Source: Paramecium tetraurelia (Eukaryota). From it: a DNA stretch of 64,000 nt. The stretch spans positions 186,001 through 250,000 of the forward strand of contig CT867999.1 in NCBI GenBank assembly GCA_000165425.1. The letters are read 5' to 3'. Positions 52,101 through 64,000 of this stretch are shown here, in pieces. The translations under genes and the position numbers were made by a program. The notes under the pieces were generated by a model. It searched no databases and had not been told where the DNA came from. It saw only the letters and a list, made by a program, of their open reading frames with translations. Every line of letters begins with the position of its first letter. Within the stretch, counting starts at the first letter, position 1.

Positions 52101-53823
52101 TGTCTAACTCTAAATATTGACCCCCTATTTTCATCACAAAACTTGCCTGGACTTCCTCTGAATATAGATCAGGACACAAATCATACCCTGCGTAAAATTA
52201 GGCATACAAGTGATAATATACCTATTGATCTCTCTTGACTATAATTTTAGGTATCTTAAACACAGCGCTTTCAGTTCGAAATATTATGTTAACTAAAAAA
52301 AAGCTATGAGGAATATCATTGTTATCTGTTTATTTGACACTCTTGAATGTGTACCATTTGGGTCTATTAGTTTCTAAGTCTTTGTCTGAATACGGAATTC
52401 TTAAATAGGCCACTCTCTTGCCCTTCTCATTATGTAAGGATACAATCAAATCAGGAATTTATTAAGTATCCTGTGGTAAATCCAATTTCTCATCTTTGGT
52501 TTAAATCTATTTGCCCCATGTATAACTAATCCCTTAAATCTCTTTGTTTTCAGTCTAAGCCTTCTGTTTATATTTGCTTTTCTTCTCTGTCTTAATATAG
52601 GCTTCGTTTGATTTAAAGACTATTCCACCAACTTTGAATTTCACTGTAATCTTTTCTCCACAATCTTTAGCTTCCTAGATCTCATATGTGTCGAATCTCA
52701 ATAAATATTTTTCAATTAGTGGTTCTCTCTGAGTTGTTAGTGGAACAACCATTAATTCAGGTTTTTCACTTTGAGTAAGATTTATCGACATCAAGACTCT
52801 GCCCATGAAGTCTGTTCCGATGATACTCTTTTTGTAACCAAGAAATGCCTATTGAAACCCACCTGGTCTTTCATCTTATGGTATTCCATAGAGATTGAAC
52901 CATCTGAATGGCATTACTCCACCTTTACTCTACAAAAAATTGATATTAAAATAATCGTTTTCTGTTGGGACTTCTGGGATCATCGCAATAAAAGTATCTG
53001 TTGCCATAGTTCTTCTATCCCAAACTCTTACCACTATTTTATCGTTGAAAAATGGAAAATGCAAAGGGAACATCAATCGAGACAAGTATTAGGGTTTCTA
53101 TTGGTTCTTCATTACGGATGTTATTTGGGCTGTACCTCCTGCTCTTACAGATATAAAACTATCGAGGGTGGGATAACCCATCAATGCTAAGTCTTCTGCT
53201 TTTGCAATGTTAACCATCAATTGATAGGATTTTCCCCGAATTTCAGGTTTAGAAACGACAGCAATTCTATTCTTTCTCTCTATTCTCGCTTACAATTATT
53301 CTGGATTCAATTGGTCATCTGGAACACCTCCAAATTCATCAGGTTCTTCCTCCACATTATTCTCGTTCATATCGTGGACAGGCGGACGATCAGTTGGGGA
53401 TATAACATACGCGGATGACAATAAAAACCCTTACGGCTCTAATCCTTGTTTAGGATGAACCAAAGGTAACCAAGTATTAAAGATCTCGTGAGCAGGATTC
53501 CTGTAGAGCGTTGAAATTCCGACTGAGTAAATACCAACAAGTTGATTTTATCCAAATTGTTTTAAATCGTACACTTCTATTTTAATCTCAAAACTCTCGA
53601 ATTCTATCGAGTTCATTAACAACCCCGTGAATGTAAATGATTAGTTAAACACAGCAGTATTTGCAGCCTTTCTAGTCGTGGTTACTTATGGAGGCAAATT
53701 ACCCACAGATATCTTGACAAAAGGATCACAAGCCCCAGTCTTATCTCCGCCCTTAAGATCTCTCACTTCTATTACTTACACCTAAACCAAATACTCTTGC
53801 CTCTACTGCTACTTATTCTTCAT
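49140..53823 (-). CDS. Ferlin family multi-C2-domain, tail-anchored membrane protein (~1552 aa)
   Basis: N-terminal C2 VQVIEVRDLKGGDKTGACDPFVKI; NTLSPNFFRMYEL; ETDVHNGSDNGDGSFSYRMRFP; PVGDGQDEPNEDPYL; single C-terminal TM helix. A 25 nt intron at 49489-49513 restores the frame. Confidence 0.9.
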
Positions 53824-54459
53824 TATAACTATATTATATATATACAATTAATTAATCTAAAACAAGAGCACATCTGTTTTTTATTATAATTAAACTGCAT
53901 AACCCACTTTATATTGAAAACTAAATAACAAGAAATCCATTCAATCTAATTGATAATTCTCGAAAATACATTTTATTATATCTATGTATATTCATTTTGC
54001 TAGAATAACCAACCCATTCTTTATTTTTAAATATTTCTTAGCAATCTCGTTTTTCAGAGTTAACGTGCTTTTATACTTTGTTACTGATTTTCTCTCAATA
54101 TCTTGGGGATTAGGTCTACACCAAATGTTTTGTCAAGGTAAAAGAATAATCAAAAATCAAGATGTAACTTCGTAATCCCTAAATCTCATGTTAGAATAGT
54201 TGAAAAAGTATAATAAACTTAGATTAACCATATTGAAGAATTAATATACTAATAAAATTGAATTAATTTGAATGATTCTACTATATCAAAGTTATTGGAT
54301 ATGTAATTTCAACTCCAATAATATATATAAATTATGAATAATTGATCTGACTTATTTTTAGTTCAGTCTAAGTATTTAAGTTCAAATTAAAAAAGTGATA
54401 CTTTGATTATATTTGCTTTACTATTTCTAAAAGCAAATCTTAAATAATTATTTAATAAA

Positions 54460-56201
54460 ATGGCGTCGGCATTTCCAAAATTACCAGGTTTTGTGCCAAC
54501 ATAAGAATTGGATGTATATTTAACATTAATCCAAGAAACCCAACTTTAGAAAGGTGTCTTCTGTGAAATAGGAACAAAACCGAGAAATAGTAACAATTGA
54601 AGTTTTACAATATATAGAAGCAACTGCCAAATAAAGAATACCCTGTCCCCAGAAAATAGCCTGTTTAAATTCCTCCTTAATCAGGAATGTTTAATCCAGA
54701 TTACTTAAGCACAACACATGCAATGCATATGCCAAAGGTACTTAAATTAAAACAGTATTATGAGAATGTGGCAAATGATTCCGAAGAGCTCTATTAACCA
54801 AGTTGGGTTAAGATGGACAGACACGTTCTGAGATTCAGCGGTTATTTTAAGGAGGCAGTCGTGGAATCAGCCTTAGAGAATTACAGGATTCGCAAATTAA
54901 CAATCTTTTACTATTTAGAAGATCACTCCTTGAGTATCACAGAGCCAAAATAAGAAAACAGTGGAGTTCCTCAGGGAGCTTTCTTGAAAAGACAAAAAGT
55001 AGCAGTACATCAATATTCTAAAGGTGTTAAGGGCTGATGGTTCGAAGACATTTATTACACCAGAAGATTTTAGAATCAACCAAGATATTGAAATATTTGG
55101 TAAAACGATCAGACTCTTCGATTGCGATCAATACACTAGAGAATTTTACGAGGTTTCAATTCACTTAATGTTATTAGGGAATTGGTCAATAATAAGCACC
55201 ATCATTTAATCCAGGATGTGATTCCTTTGAGACTAAAACAATGACTAAGTATGTACCTCAGAAAGACACAGTCATGAAGGATTATCTTGAACATAAATTG
55301 GGTGGTGGCAAAGTAACATCATAAAAGCAATTTTTAGAAAATGACCGAAAAGTAAATTGATGATCTATATGTAGGTGCTTAAATTCTATGTCTTCTCAGA
55401 TATAGATTATGTTTTGCATTATTATTTGGCTGATGATACCATCGAAATTAAAGAAATCAATTCAGCCAATTCTGGTAGAGTTCCATTCCCAATGATGTTG
55501 AGAAGACAAAAATTGCCTCGCAAATTCTCACTCAATCAACCGGGATAAACTTATGCAGAAGACTTTATCAGACCACAGGATATTCAATTTGGATAACCAT
55601 TAATAATTTACAACAGAAAGTTTTTCATTAAGGGATGTGATCCATTTACAAGATATTACTATCAAGAAAAGTTTAATGTTGATTTTCCATTGGGTGGCCA
55701 GGAAGAATATCAATAAGAGCAGAAATCAAGTAATTATCCACTCTATTTCAGATATCATCATACCACCACACAATGGCATAGGAGATGAATAGGATTCATT
55801 GGGATACATTTATAGACTTTAACCAAAACCTCCAAAAAAGGATTTCTTCAAATGGGTTGACAATCAAGTGAATTTAAGATTTCTGGCTATGTTCAATACA
55901 ACCAAACCAGAGGATAAAGACAGGTACGAAATGCTTAAGATATCAATATAGAGTATTTGTTATAACATACTTCTTGAATGATGATAGTCTTTTGGTTTAT
56001 GAGCCAACTGTAAGAAACTCAGGAATCCCAGATGGTAAGTTTTTAGAGAAAAGAAAATACAAAAATGTTCACAATAATAATGAATACTTTATTCCTCGAG
56101 ATTTAATTGTAGGAAACGAAGTTGTTATCAATGGTTGGAGATTTCAGTTGCTTGATTGCGATGAATTCACTAAAAAGTGGTACGCTGAAAATTTTAAATG
56201 A
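54460..56201 (+). CDS. RIB72: Rib72/EFHC family DM10-domain microtubule inner protein, no EF-hand
   Basis: FPKLPGF N-terminus; three DM10 domains ([62 protein letters not shown]); stops directly after DM10-3. Confidence 0.92.
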
Positions 56202-56348
56202 AATTATCTATTTTGCATAAAACATCATATATCCTAGATTTAGATATACGCTTTTTCTTAGTTCTCATTCAATTCCATTGTATTAATTTTAATTCTGATT
56301 AAAAAGAAAATATTATAATTTGTTATATTATATCTCTGATAAATCAAT

Positions 56349-57209
56349 TCATCTGAGCAATCCATGTTCAGGCAATTCAAATCCTACTTCCTTCTTCACA
56401 TCCTCTTTTAGATGATCATATGATTAAAATTCGATCTTAATTACTTCATTATATTTCAAGATTTTCTTAAAGGCTGTAAACTCCTTTTCCAATCTAAACC
56501 ACAAATATTAAATTCTTCCATATTCTGTATTTCTGCAAACCACAAATCTACTGTCTCTGACTCCTAAAAATTATTTGCATGTAAACAAATTCAAGTAATC
56601 ATTATGAATGTCCTCAACAGAGGCGAATTTCAAGGGCTTCTCAAAATCGTAATAGGTGACCCAATTATCATCGATATGATGTTAAAATTAATAATGAGTC
56701 TCGTTTTCTTGAATTCTGTAGTGTTCTTATGCAAATAAGTCATGAGTTTGAGTCAAATCTTAAAAGTTTACTTTAATGGGGAATCTATAGGATCTTGTTC
56801 CAAAACCTGGATCCACTAAATATGTTTCATCTTTTATTTAAACACACAAAAATGCATGTGTACTAGGAAGATCTGGGTTGTATGGACTATTTGGCTCTCG
56901 AACTTAACATCTAATCAATTCCACTTAGAATCCTAAATATTTTAAAATATAGTAAAGAAGAAGTTCGTGCTCATAGCAAAGACCCCCTATCTTTTGAACA
57001 CACAGTCTCTGCAATATATCGCCAAATTCAAGTGAAATTGGTTTCAATTCTTTCAAGTGTAACTCTGAATTTTAGTAAAAATTGTAAATTATTTGTCTAT
57101 TGGCTATGAAATATAAAGTCTCAACTGACACAGATAATTTAATATCTGCTGGAAGTCCAACCCCCTTTAGATAAGTCTAATAATCTTCTTTTGAGATTAA
57201 TTATTGCAT
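56349..57209 (-). CDS. Arylamine N-acetyltransferase family protein (copy 3, intronless, 286 aa)
   Basis: Triad motifs IGGLCYEH, PSTHAF, YLVDPGFG. Confidence 0.92.
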
Positions 57210-57507
57210 AATAATTCAATTAATATTTAATTAGAGTATTTTATTAAAATCCTTAAAATATTTACAAAATTGCTTATTCATTTGATTTAATTGTAATCAA
57301 TGGTTAGTAAACAGCATATTAACTTAAAAAAATAATACCAATTAATTTAGAATTATTTCTTAAACAAAAAAACTAATCACCTTTTGCTCACACTTAAAAA
57401 TAAATGAATAAATAAAAAGCATAATCATCTCTAAAATAATTTAGTATAATCATAGGAACATTCATTCATAATAATTATTCATATACATATACATTTAAAC
57501 TTTCAAT

Positions 57508-58374
57508 TCATTTAACTTCATGCTATTCAGGTAAATCAAATCCTAATTCTTTCTTTACATCATCCTTCAATTCTTCATAAGATTTATATTCTGATTTGGT
57601 TATTTCATTATTTTTAAATACTTTTTTGATTGATGTGAATTATTTTTCTATCCTAAACCAAAAGAATTAGATTCTTCCAACTTCTGTGTATTTGCAGAGC
57701 TAGAATCTATTGTCTCTGACACCAGAAAATTTTTCGTATGTAAATAAATAATGATAATCTTTGGTTATTTCTTCAATAGTTGCAAATTGAAGTGGCTTGA
57801 AAAAATAGTAATATGTAACCCATTTTTCATCAATTAAATGCTAAAATTGATAATGAGTTTCATCCTATATGAATCTATAATGCTCTAATGGGAATAAATC
57901 ATGAGTCGCGTCTAGATTTTGAAAATTAACTTTGATTGGAAATCTTAAAGATCTTGTTCCAAATCCAGGGTCTGTCAAGTATGTGTCCTCTCCTATAGTT
58001 ACATATAAAAAGGCATGAGTGCTAGGAAACTCAGGATCATAAGGGCACCCAGCTTCTTAAACAAAGCATCTAATCAATTCCACGTTGAATCCTATATGTT
58101 TAAGTATATAATAAAATAATAGTTCATGCTCGTAGCATAATCCACCTATTTTTTACACACACAACCTTTGTAGGATCTCAGAGAATTCAAGGGAAATAGG
58201 TTTTGAATCTTTTCTATGCAAAATAGTATTTTAATAGAATGAGTAAATGAGTTGCTTATTTGCTAATAGGTATAATGTTTCAACTGAAACTGATAATTTA
58301 ATATCAGTTGGAAGTCCAATGCTTTTTAGATAAGTATTAATATCTTCTTACGAAATTTTGCTTTCTTACTACAT
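57508..58374 (-). CDS. Arylamine N-acetyltransferase family protein (copy 2, intronless, 288 aa)
   Basis: IGGLCYEH, PSTHAF, YLTDPGFG. Confidence 0.92.
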
Positions 58375-58573
58375 AATAAATAAATTATTAATGATATGGA
58401 TTACGTAAAGTTGTTGTGTATTATTAATTCAAAAATTATCAATTATAAATAAATTCAATTAATATTTATCCTCAAATGTACAAATAATAAATTAATCCAT
58501 ATTAGAAGATACTCAGGTTTTCATTATTATTGAAATTGTAGATAAATTGTAAAATTAAATGAACTAAAATATA

Positions 58574-59432
58574 TCATCTGATTAAATTCCTGTCTGGTAA
58601 GATAAATCCGATTTCTTATCTGACATCTTCTTTGAGCTCTTCATAATTAGCAAATTCAATTTTTGTTACTTTATCAAAATTGTGAATTTTCTTGAAAGCT
58701 GTGAATTTTTGTTCAAGTCGAAACCAAAAGAATTGAATTTTTCCAGATTCTGTATTCTTACAGATTTGAAACCTATTATCCCTTCCAACCAAAAATTGTT
58801 TGGTTGTTAGAAAGTTATAATAGTCCTACTTAATCTCCTCTAAGGTTTAGAATCTGATTGGTTTATAAAAGTGATAGCAAGTTACCCATTTTCCATCAAT
58901 TAGATGCTATAATTAGTAGAGGGTTTCATTCTCTGTAATCCTGAAATGCTCAAAGGGAAAGAAATCATGAGAATTATTAAGATTTTGGAAATCAACTTTT
59001 AGAGGATATCTCAAGGATCTAACCCCAAAATCCAATATCTATCAGAAAGATTTCATCCTATAACTTAACATGCATGAAGCCATGAGTAGTTGGGTAATCG
59101 GGATTATATGGTCCAGCTTCCTAAACGAAGCATCTAATCAATTCCACATTGAATCCTATGTGTTTAAGAACATAATAAAGTAATAACTCATGTTCATAAC
59201 AGAGGCCCCCTCTCTTTTGAACACATAGTCTCTGTAAGATATCAACAAATTCAAGTGAAATGGGTTTTGATTCTTTTAAATGGGCATCTGTATTGTGATA
59301 GAAGGTATATATGAGTTGCTTATTAGTGAGGAGATATAGTGTTTCAACTGAGACTGATAATTTTATATCAGCTGGAAGTCCAATACCTTTCAAATAGGTC
59401 TTAAAATCTTCTTGTGAGATTGATTATTACAT
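58574..59432 (-). CDS. Arylamine N-acetyltransferase family protein (copy 1) with a +1 frameshift at 59027-59030
   Basis: RGGLCYEH, PTTHGF, FLIDIGF. Length 859 nt: one extra T in GGA TTTT GGG gives an early TGA at 58992-58994; the downstream frame is otherwise intact. Confidence 0.85.
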
Positions 59433-59717
59433 ATTATTAATACTATGTAAAGAAAATCACAAATAAAAGATTGAAAATAATTAATTTCAACGACATTCAA
59501 TGAATTGAAACAATATATCATATAGATTAATTATTTAAAAACAAAAAATTATTAAGTAAAATAAATTAAAACCTATTACTTAATAGTTGTTTGTTAATCT
59601 ATTTCTGATGTAATTTACATTTGTATATTAATGTAAGTGAGACATCTTCAGTAAACACTCTGAATAAGATGTTCATTATAATGCATTTATTTAATTAACT
59701 GTTAAGCAGATATATTA

Positions 59718-62565
59718 TCAATCATCTTCAGGTTGGATATCAAATATACTCTTTTGAGGATTTCCAAATTATTGTTTATATTCCTCAGAAGCACAAGTTT
59801 AGGCTATTAAAATAAGAAGCCTTTCTAATTTGATATGCAATGGTTATTATTAGCGTTATTCCCAACTCATATCAGGAGCAGCTGGTAAGGAGACCTTTTC
59901 TGAAATTCTTGCTACTGCTTCCATGAATTCGATAAATGACATCTAAAAAATCCTATCACTTTCCAATTCATCTATTTACATCATCATTGATAGATTAAAA
60001 GCCTAATAAAATAAATAGGAATAAATACCAAATCAGCATCTCTATCCACGAATCTCTCATCAAATAAACCTGCTATACCGCATATATCGTGTAGTTCATC
60101 CAAACACATAAACTTCTTCTGTCCTGGCTTCACTTTCTTACTACTAAATCGATTATACACCTAATTCAACATTGGCTTAAAGTATTTGAGACAGTCATCG
60201 CATTACTCGTTAAAATAACGCTCGTCTCTCCACTTTTAAGCATTATATTACTCCATAATGGGTCTACATTGTTGGAGTATCATCTAAACAGATTCTAACA
60301 TAGAGCTAGCCTATTTTTGTTTCAAGTATTTGTCATCAGAAACTCTAACCAGAAATTCCATAAATTAATATCTACACAAAGCTCTTTCAGGATTACGGTA
60401 ATTTCCTTTATATTCAATGGAGGCTGCACAGGTTGCAATGAATTTTAGATCTAAGTCTGAAAGCTTGAACGTCTTATTGTCGACTAATTCAGTGGCTGAT
60501 GAAAATTCAGTAATGACATTCGATGAAATTGACCAAACATCTCCAGTAGGATTGTAGGAGGAATACCATCTGTAGGTTTCTTTGATCATCTTATAATCCT
60601 TCCATAAGAGGTTTTTGGCTTCATTGAGTTCATCTGGATTCTTAATCACCTTCATGATCTTGCTACAACTCCAATCCTTTTCAAAACATTTTCTTAGGAA
60701 TTCTTCGTTTTCAAATCGAAAATCTTTGAACCAAATTGAAATTGGGAAACTCCAAATTCTTTTTTATTTTTTGAGTTTGGGAGGAATATACAAAGGATCT
60801 GGAGTCCTTGGCAATATTGATGTTAAGGCTTTTAATTCTTTCTTATCCATCAATTGATAATGTCTTAGTTTTTGTATTACATTAATGTTGTCTAATTGGC
60901 AAATTACAGTATTGCCATTAACTTTAAGTTTCAAAATGTGTCCAAAAGCATTTTAATTAAAATTATTGCTCACCATTTGATTATCAATAATAGTAAATAG
61001 AAATTACGTCTGTCCTGAAGGCACCATTAATGGAAGCTTTATATAAGTTGTCTAGTTTCTTTGGAATGTAAACTTGCTTGTAATCTTCAAAATCCATGTG
61101 TAGAAACAAGGGATCACATTCCCCTTCAGGTGTCCATTCAAACATTTGCTCTTACCAACCTTAACAAATCCAACAGACACTCTCATATCTGAGGGTTGTG
61201 ATTTAATCCAATCCCTTAATTCTTGGAGTTTCACCTAGCGGTTTTTATTGGGAATTTTCATCAATAATTAGAAATCCCCTGGGATCTATAACACCCCAGT
61301 TTCCATTGAAATGAAAGCCATATATGGTTCTGTTCTGCTTTAGACTTGTTGCTATCAATTTACAATCTTGTAATGTGAATTGATTAGCCGATAAATCACA
61401 ATGTAACATGATTTTATTACCAATGAGAAATTCACATATCTTTTAGGTGCAATTTGATTTTTCGATGATTCCAAAGCAATTCCAACTGCCATCGAAAACG
61501 ACCATGGTTTTATTTTCAATGAGGGCCTCGAAAATCTTCTGACCTCCAGAACCCTTGATTTGATTCTAGAAACGTTATTGATGTAAAATTACCCAATGCA
61601 GATATAATTCTTCAAGTAGGTCCAACTATAATATTGTATCCTTAAGTGTATCTGCCACTTCATTGGTTAAATAGTTCTTGGAGATATTAAGGGATTTCAC
61701 TTTATTTGTAGTACTCAATAAACACTTTAGAATTTTGATGACAAATTTGTCACCCAATTTGTTATCTTCCAAACTGAGAATTTCTATTCTATTTTAAACA
61801 TGCAATGTTACTTATTCTCTCTTAATTGTAATTATTAGCACAAGCAATCAACTCCCAATTGTCCAATTTCATTTTTTGATAAATCCAACACTATGGCCTA
61901 TTTTCCAATTTAACTCAAAATGGAGACAGCTCCATTCTATTTGATTCTGTTATTGCTCAAAAAGAATTCTTTGACTCCTTGGTTTTGTCGTAAACCTTCG
62001 GATAGCATTTTTATATATTTGTCACCATAATGATGGTTGTTGATGGTGACTTGTGATTCATTCCCATTCATTTTGACCATTCCTAATTTACAAGGCAGTG
62101 CATCAGAGGATTCAGCCTATTTGAGCATCTGCGTTTGGATAGACTCATTAATTTTATGATACTCATTTTGTTGTTTAACTTTGTTGAGTACTTTGTAGTG
62201 TTAAAAATAGCTTCTTGCTGATTGAGATCCCACAAGAGGTTTCTGAATTTGATCCTCTAATTTTTGTTCCGGAGATTCCTGTAACTATTTTATTATATCT
62301 TTGTCATTCGCTTTATCATCCTCTTTTATCAATGGTTACAAAACACTCGAACGCGGAACTCGCTAAAACATTGGTTTCTTGGCAGCTGGACTGTACAATT
62401 ATGGCAAAGGAGTGTCTTTCCCTATATATTACAAATACTATGTAGATCGGGGGAGTTGGCAATCGACAAGGCTCTCCTCAACTCTTCTGTTTCATTGGAA
62501 TGTAAACTTGTGATCTTGCGCTTCGAATTGTAAATTGAAAATTTATTTGACAACCCTATATGCAT
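59718..62565 (-). CDS. Leucine-rich-repeat (RI-like) protein with a ciliate C-terminal domain
   Basis: Repeats FFLSNNRI, LDLSKNEIG, LSLEDNKLGD, LNISKNYLT, LYLHWNQI, FDGSWNCFG; short introns. Confidence 0.85.
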
Positions 62566-62587
62566 AATTTATATTTATAAAATATAT

Positions 62588-63470
62588 ATGCAAAACAGTT
62601 AATAATAGGTTAACATGCCCCAGTCGAGAATGATTGGTGACCCTGCCTAATCGCAATACTTACAAAATTCAATGGCTCAAGATCCTCAGTTTTTGAGTTA
62701 TCAAAATTACAGAAACGAAATTCAAGAGGAAGGAGAGATTGTAGCTGAAACAGCCAAATTAAGAAAACTGTACTTCCTCATGCTGCTTCAATTCTTCCTA
62801 GTGATTGTGTTTAGTTACGTAAGCCCATTATTAAATCCCACATAGTTGCGACTGGACTCTTTGGAGGATTACTTTGAATAGAATTCCTACTGGATAATTA
62901 TTCTTTCACTCGGATGTTTCTTGCTGTCATTGGCTGCTTATTTTACTAATCCGGAGAACACTGCTGTAAATGTAGTACTGTACGTGCTATTTACAATAGT
63001 CTTATATTTCTTTTTTATATCACTAACTGCAATTACAAACATTGAACAATCCATGATGGTGGCCTTCATGATTTTTGGATAAGTAATTTATGGCATTTTA
63101 TATTTGTCAAGATATTTTCACAATTCCTATCAGTGATGCAGAGCAGAATCGAGATGTATTACCATCAATAATCTCTCTACGTATTAGCAGGCGGACTCAT
63201 CATTTTCCAATTGTTCATCATTTATTCTATCATCCCCTTCTTTGAAATGATCATCACTCTAGTTTCAGGAGTCGTTTTTGGGTGAGTAATTAATTAATAC
63301 GCTATGCTAGGTTCCTCCTCATTTACAGCACCTAAAGCAATTTAAGTCAAATCAAGTCTGGCGCTGTCAATGGCAGTGTTAGAGTGTATGTTGATTTACT
63401 CGGCGTGTTTTTCTATTTGAACCAATTGATGGCAGACTTGTTTAGAAAAGAAAAATAAATTGATAAATGA
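62588..63470 (+). CDS. Divergent Bax inhibitor-1/TMBIM family multi-pass membrane protein
   Basis: LRKLYFLMLLQF in TM1, about seven hydrophobic segments, C-terminal LLIYSTQ...VYVDLLGVFFYL; three short introns. Confidence 0.7.
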
Positions 63471-63508
63471 ATAATCAACTATGTAATATGTCAAATGCAA
63501 ATTAATGA

Positions 63509-64000
63509 TCACCCAAAATAAAGTAGAACCTCATCATTTTATCTGTCATTCTAATCCAACAGCTTCTATTCGCTCTTAATCTTCTCATATTGATTGACCC
63601 AAAGCTATATTATAAGATCAACATGCTACCTTAAGTCCATCATTCCTCAATCTCTATAATTATGGTATTTCAGACTCCAAAGACTTGAATTCTAATTGTT
63701 TCAACCCAATCTACTGCTCCCCCTTACTTTGGATTTTGATGATCTGATCTGCCACCTCTGTTGTCTTAGTAATTAACTTGGCTTGCTCACTTGACACTTT
63801 CAGATTAGTAAGCACCTACTGGAATATCAACTTATCAATAAACTAATTTTGATTGATCTGAATCAAAAGACACTGGCTGATTTCAGTGCAGGCCTAGATG
63901 TTGTTGGTTTGAAGAGATAGATCAACAAAGAAGCATCCTTTAAGCAAGAGAACTTCGTACATTCTTCTCAAATGGCTAGCCAATGCTGAACATGATTTAA
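63509..64000 (-). CDS. 3-prime part of a hypothetical protein (continues beyond the window)
   Basis: Open code-6 frame from the window end with one 25 nt intron; ends DEVLLYFG*. Confidence 0.65.

Noticed and set aside
59027..59030. Euplotes-type programmed +1 frameshifting at the two single-base shifts
   Set aside because: There is no AAA-stop shift motif, and the mechanism is not established for Paramecium.
1..64000. Telomeric repeats, retained IESs, tRNA/rRNA genes, transposases
   Set aside because: None recognised by eye. Short IESs in intergenic DNA cannot be excluded without a germline/somatic comparison.

Overview
AT-rich, gene-dense ciliate macronuclear-type DNA, almost certainly Paramecium. 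TAA/TAG read as Gln and TGA is the only stop, introns are GT..AG and about 20-30 nt, and intergenic spacers are often under 50 nt. The supplied ORF track uses the wrong genetic code, so I retranslated all genes by hand with code 6. About 30 protein genes are supported: a type I DnaJ, a trichocyst-matrix-like precursor, two SHIPPO/PG-repeat proteins, two paralogous 2-TM membrane proteins, two secreted proteins with C-terminal beta/gamma-crystallin domains, a dienelactone hydrolase, a PPP4R4-like HEAT protein, a CNBD K+ channel, a hinderin-like protein, two pseudokinases, a ferlin, Rib72/EFHC, three tandem arylamine N-acetyltransferases, an LRR protein and a TMBIM protein. The most striking observation is a tandem pair of genes (21069-24989, minus), each encoding four concatenated group I truncated-hemoglobin domains behind a low-complexity N-terminus. 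All eight domains keep the proximal His but the distal pockets differ. Also notable are a ~2.5 kb internal segmental duplication with a kinase remnant, a decayed tandem copy of a secreted gene, two single-T frameshifts, and head-to-head genes with start codons only 9-22 nt apart. No rRNA, tRNA, CRISPR or intact mobile element was recognised. Family calls come from motif recognition, not database searches.
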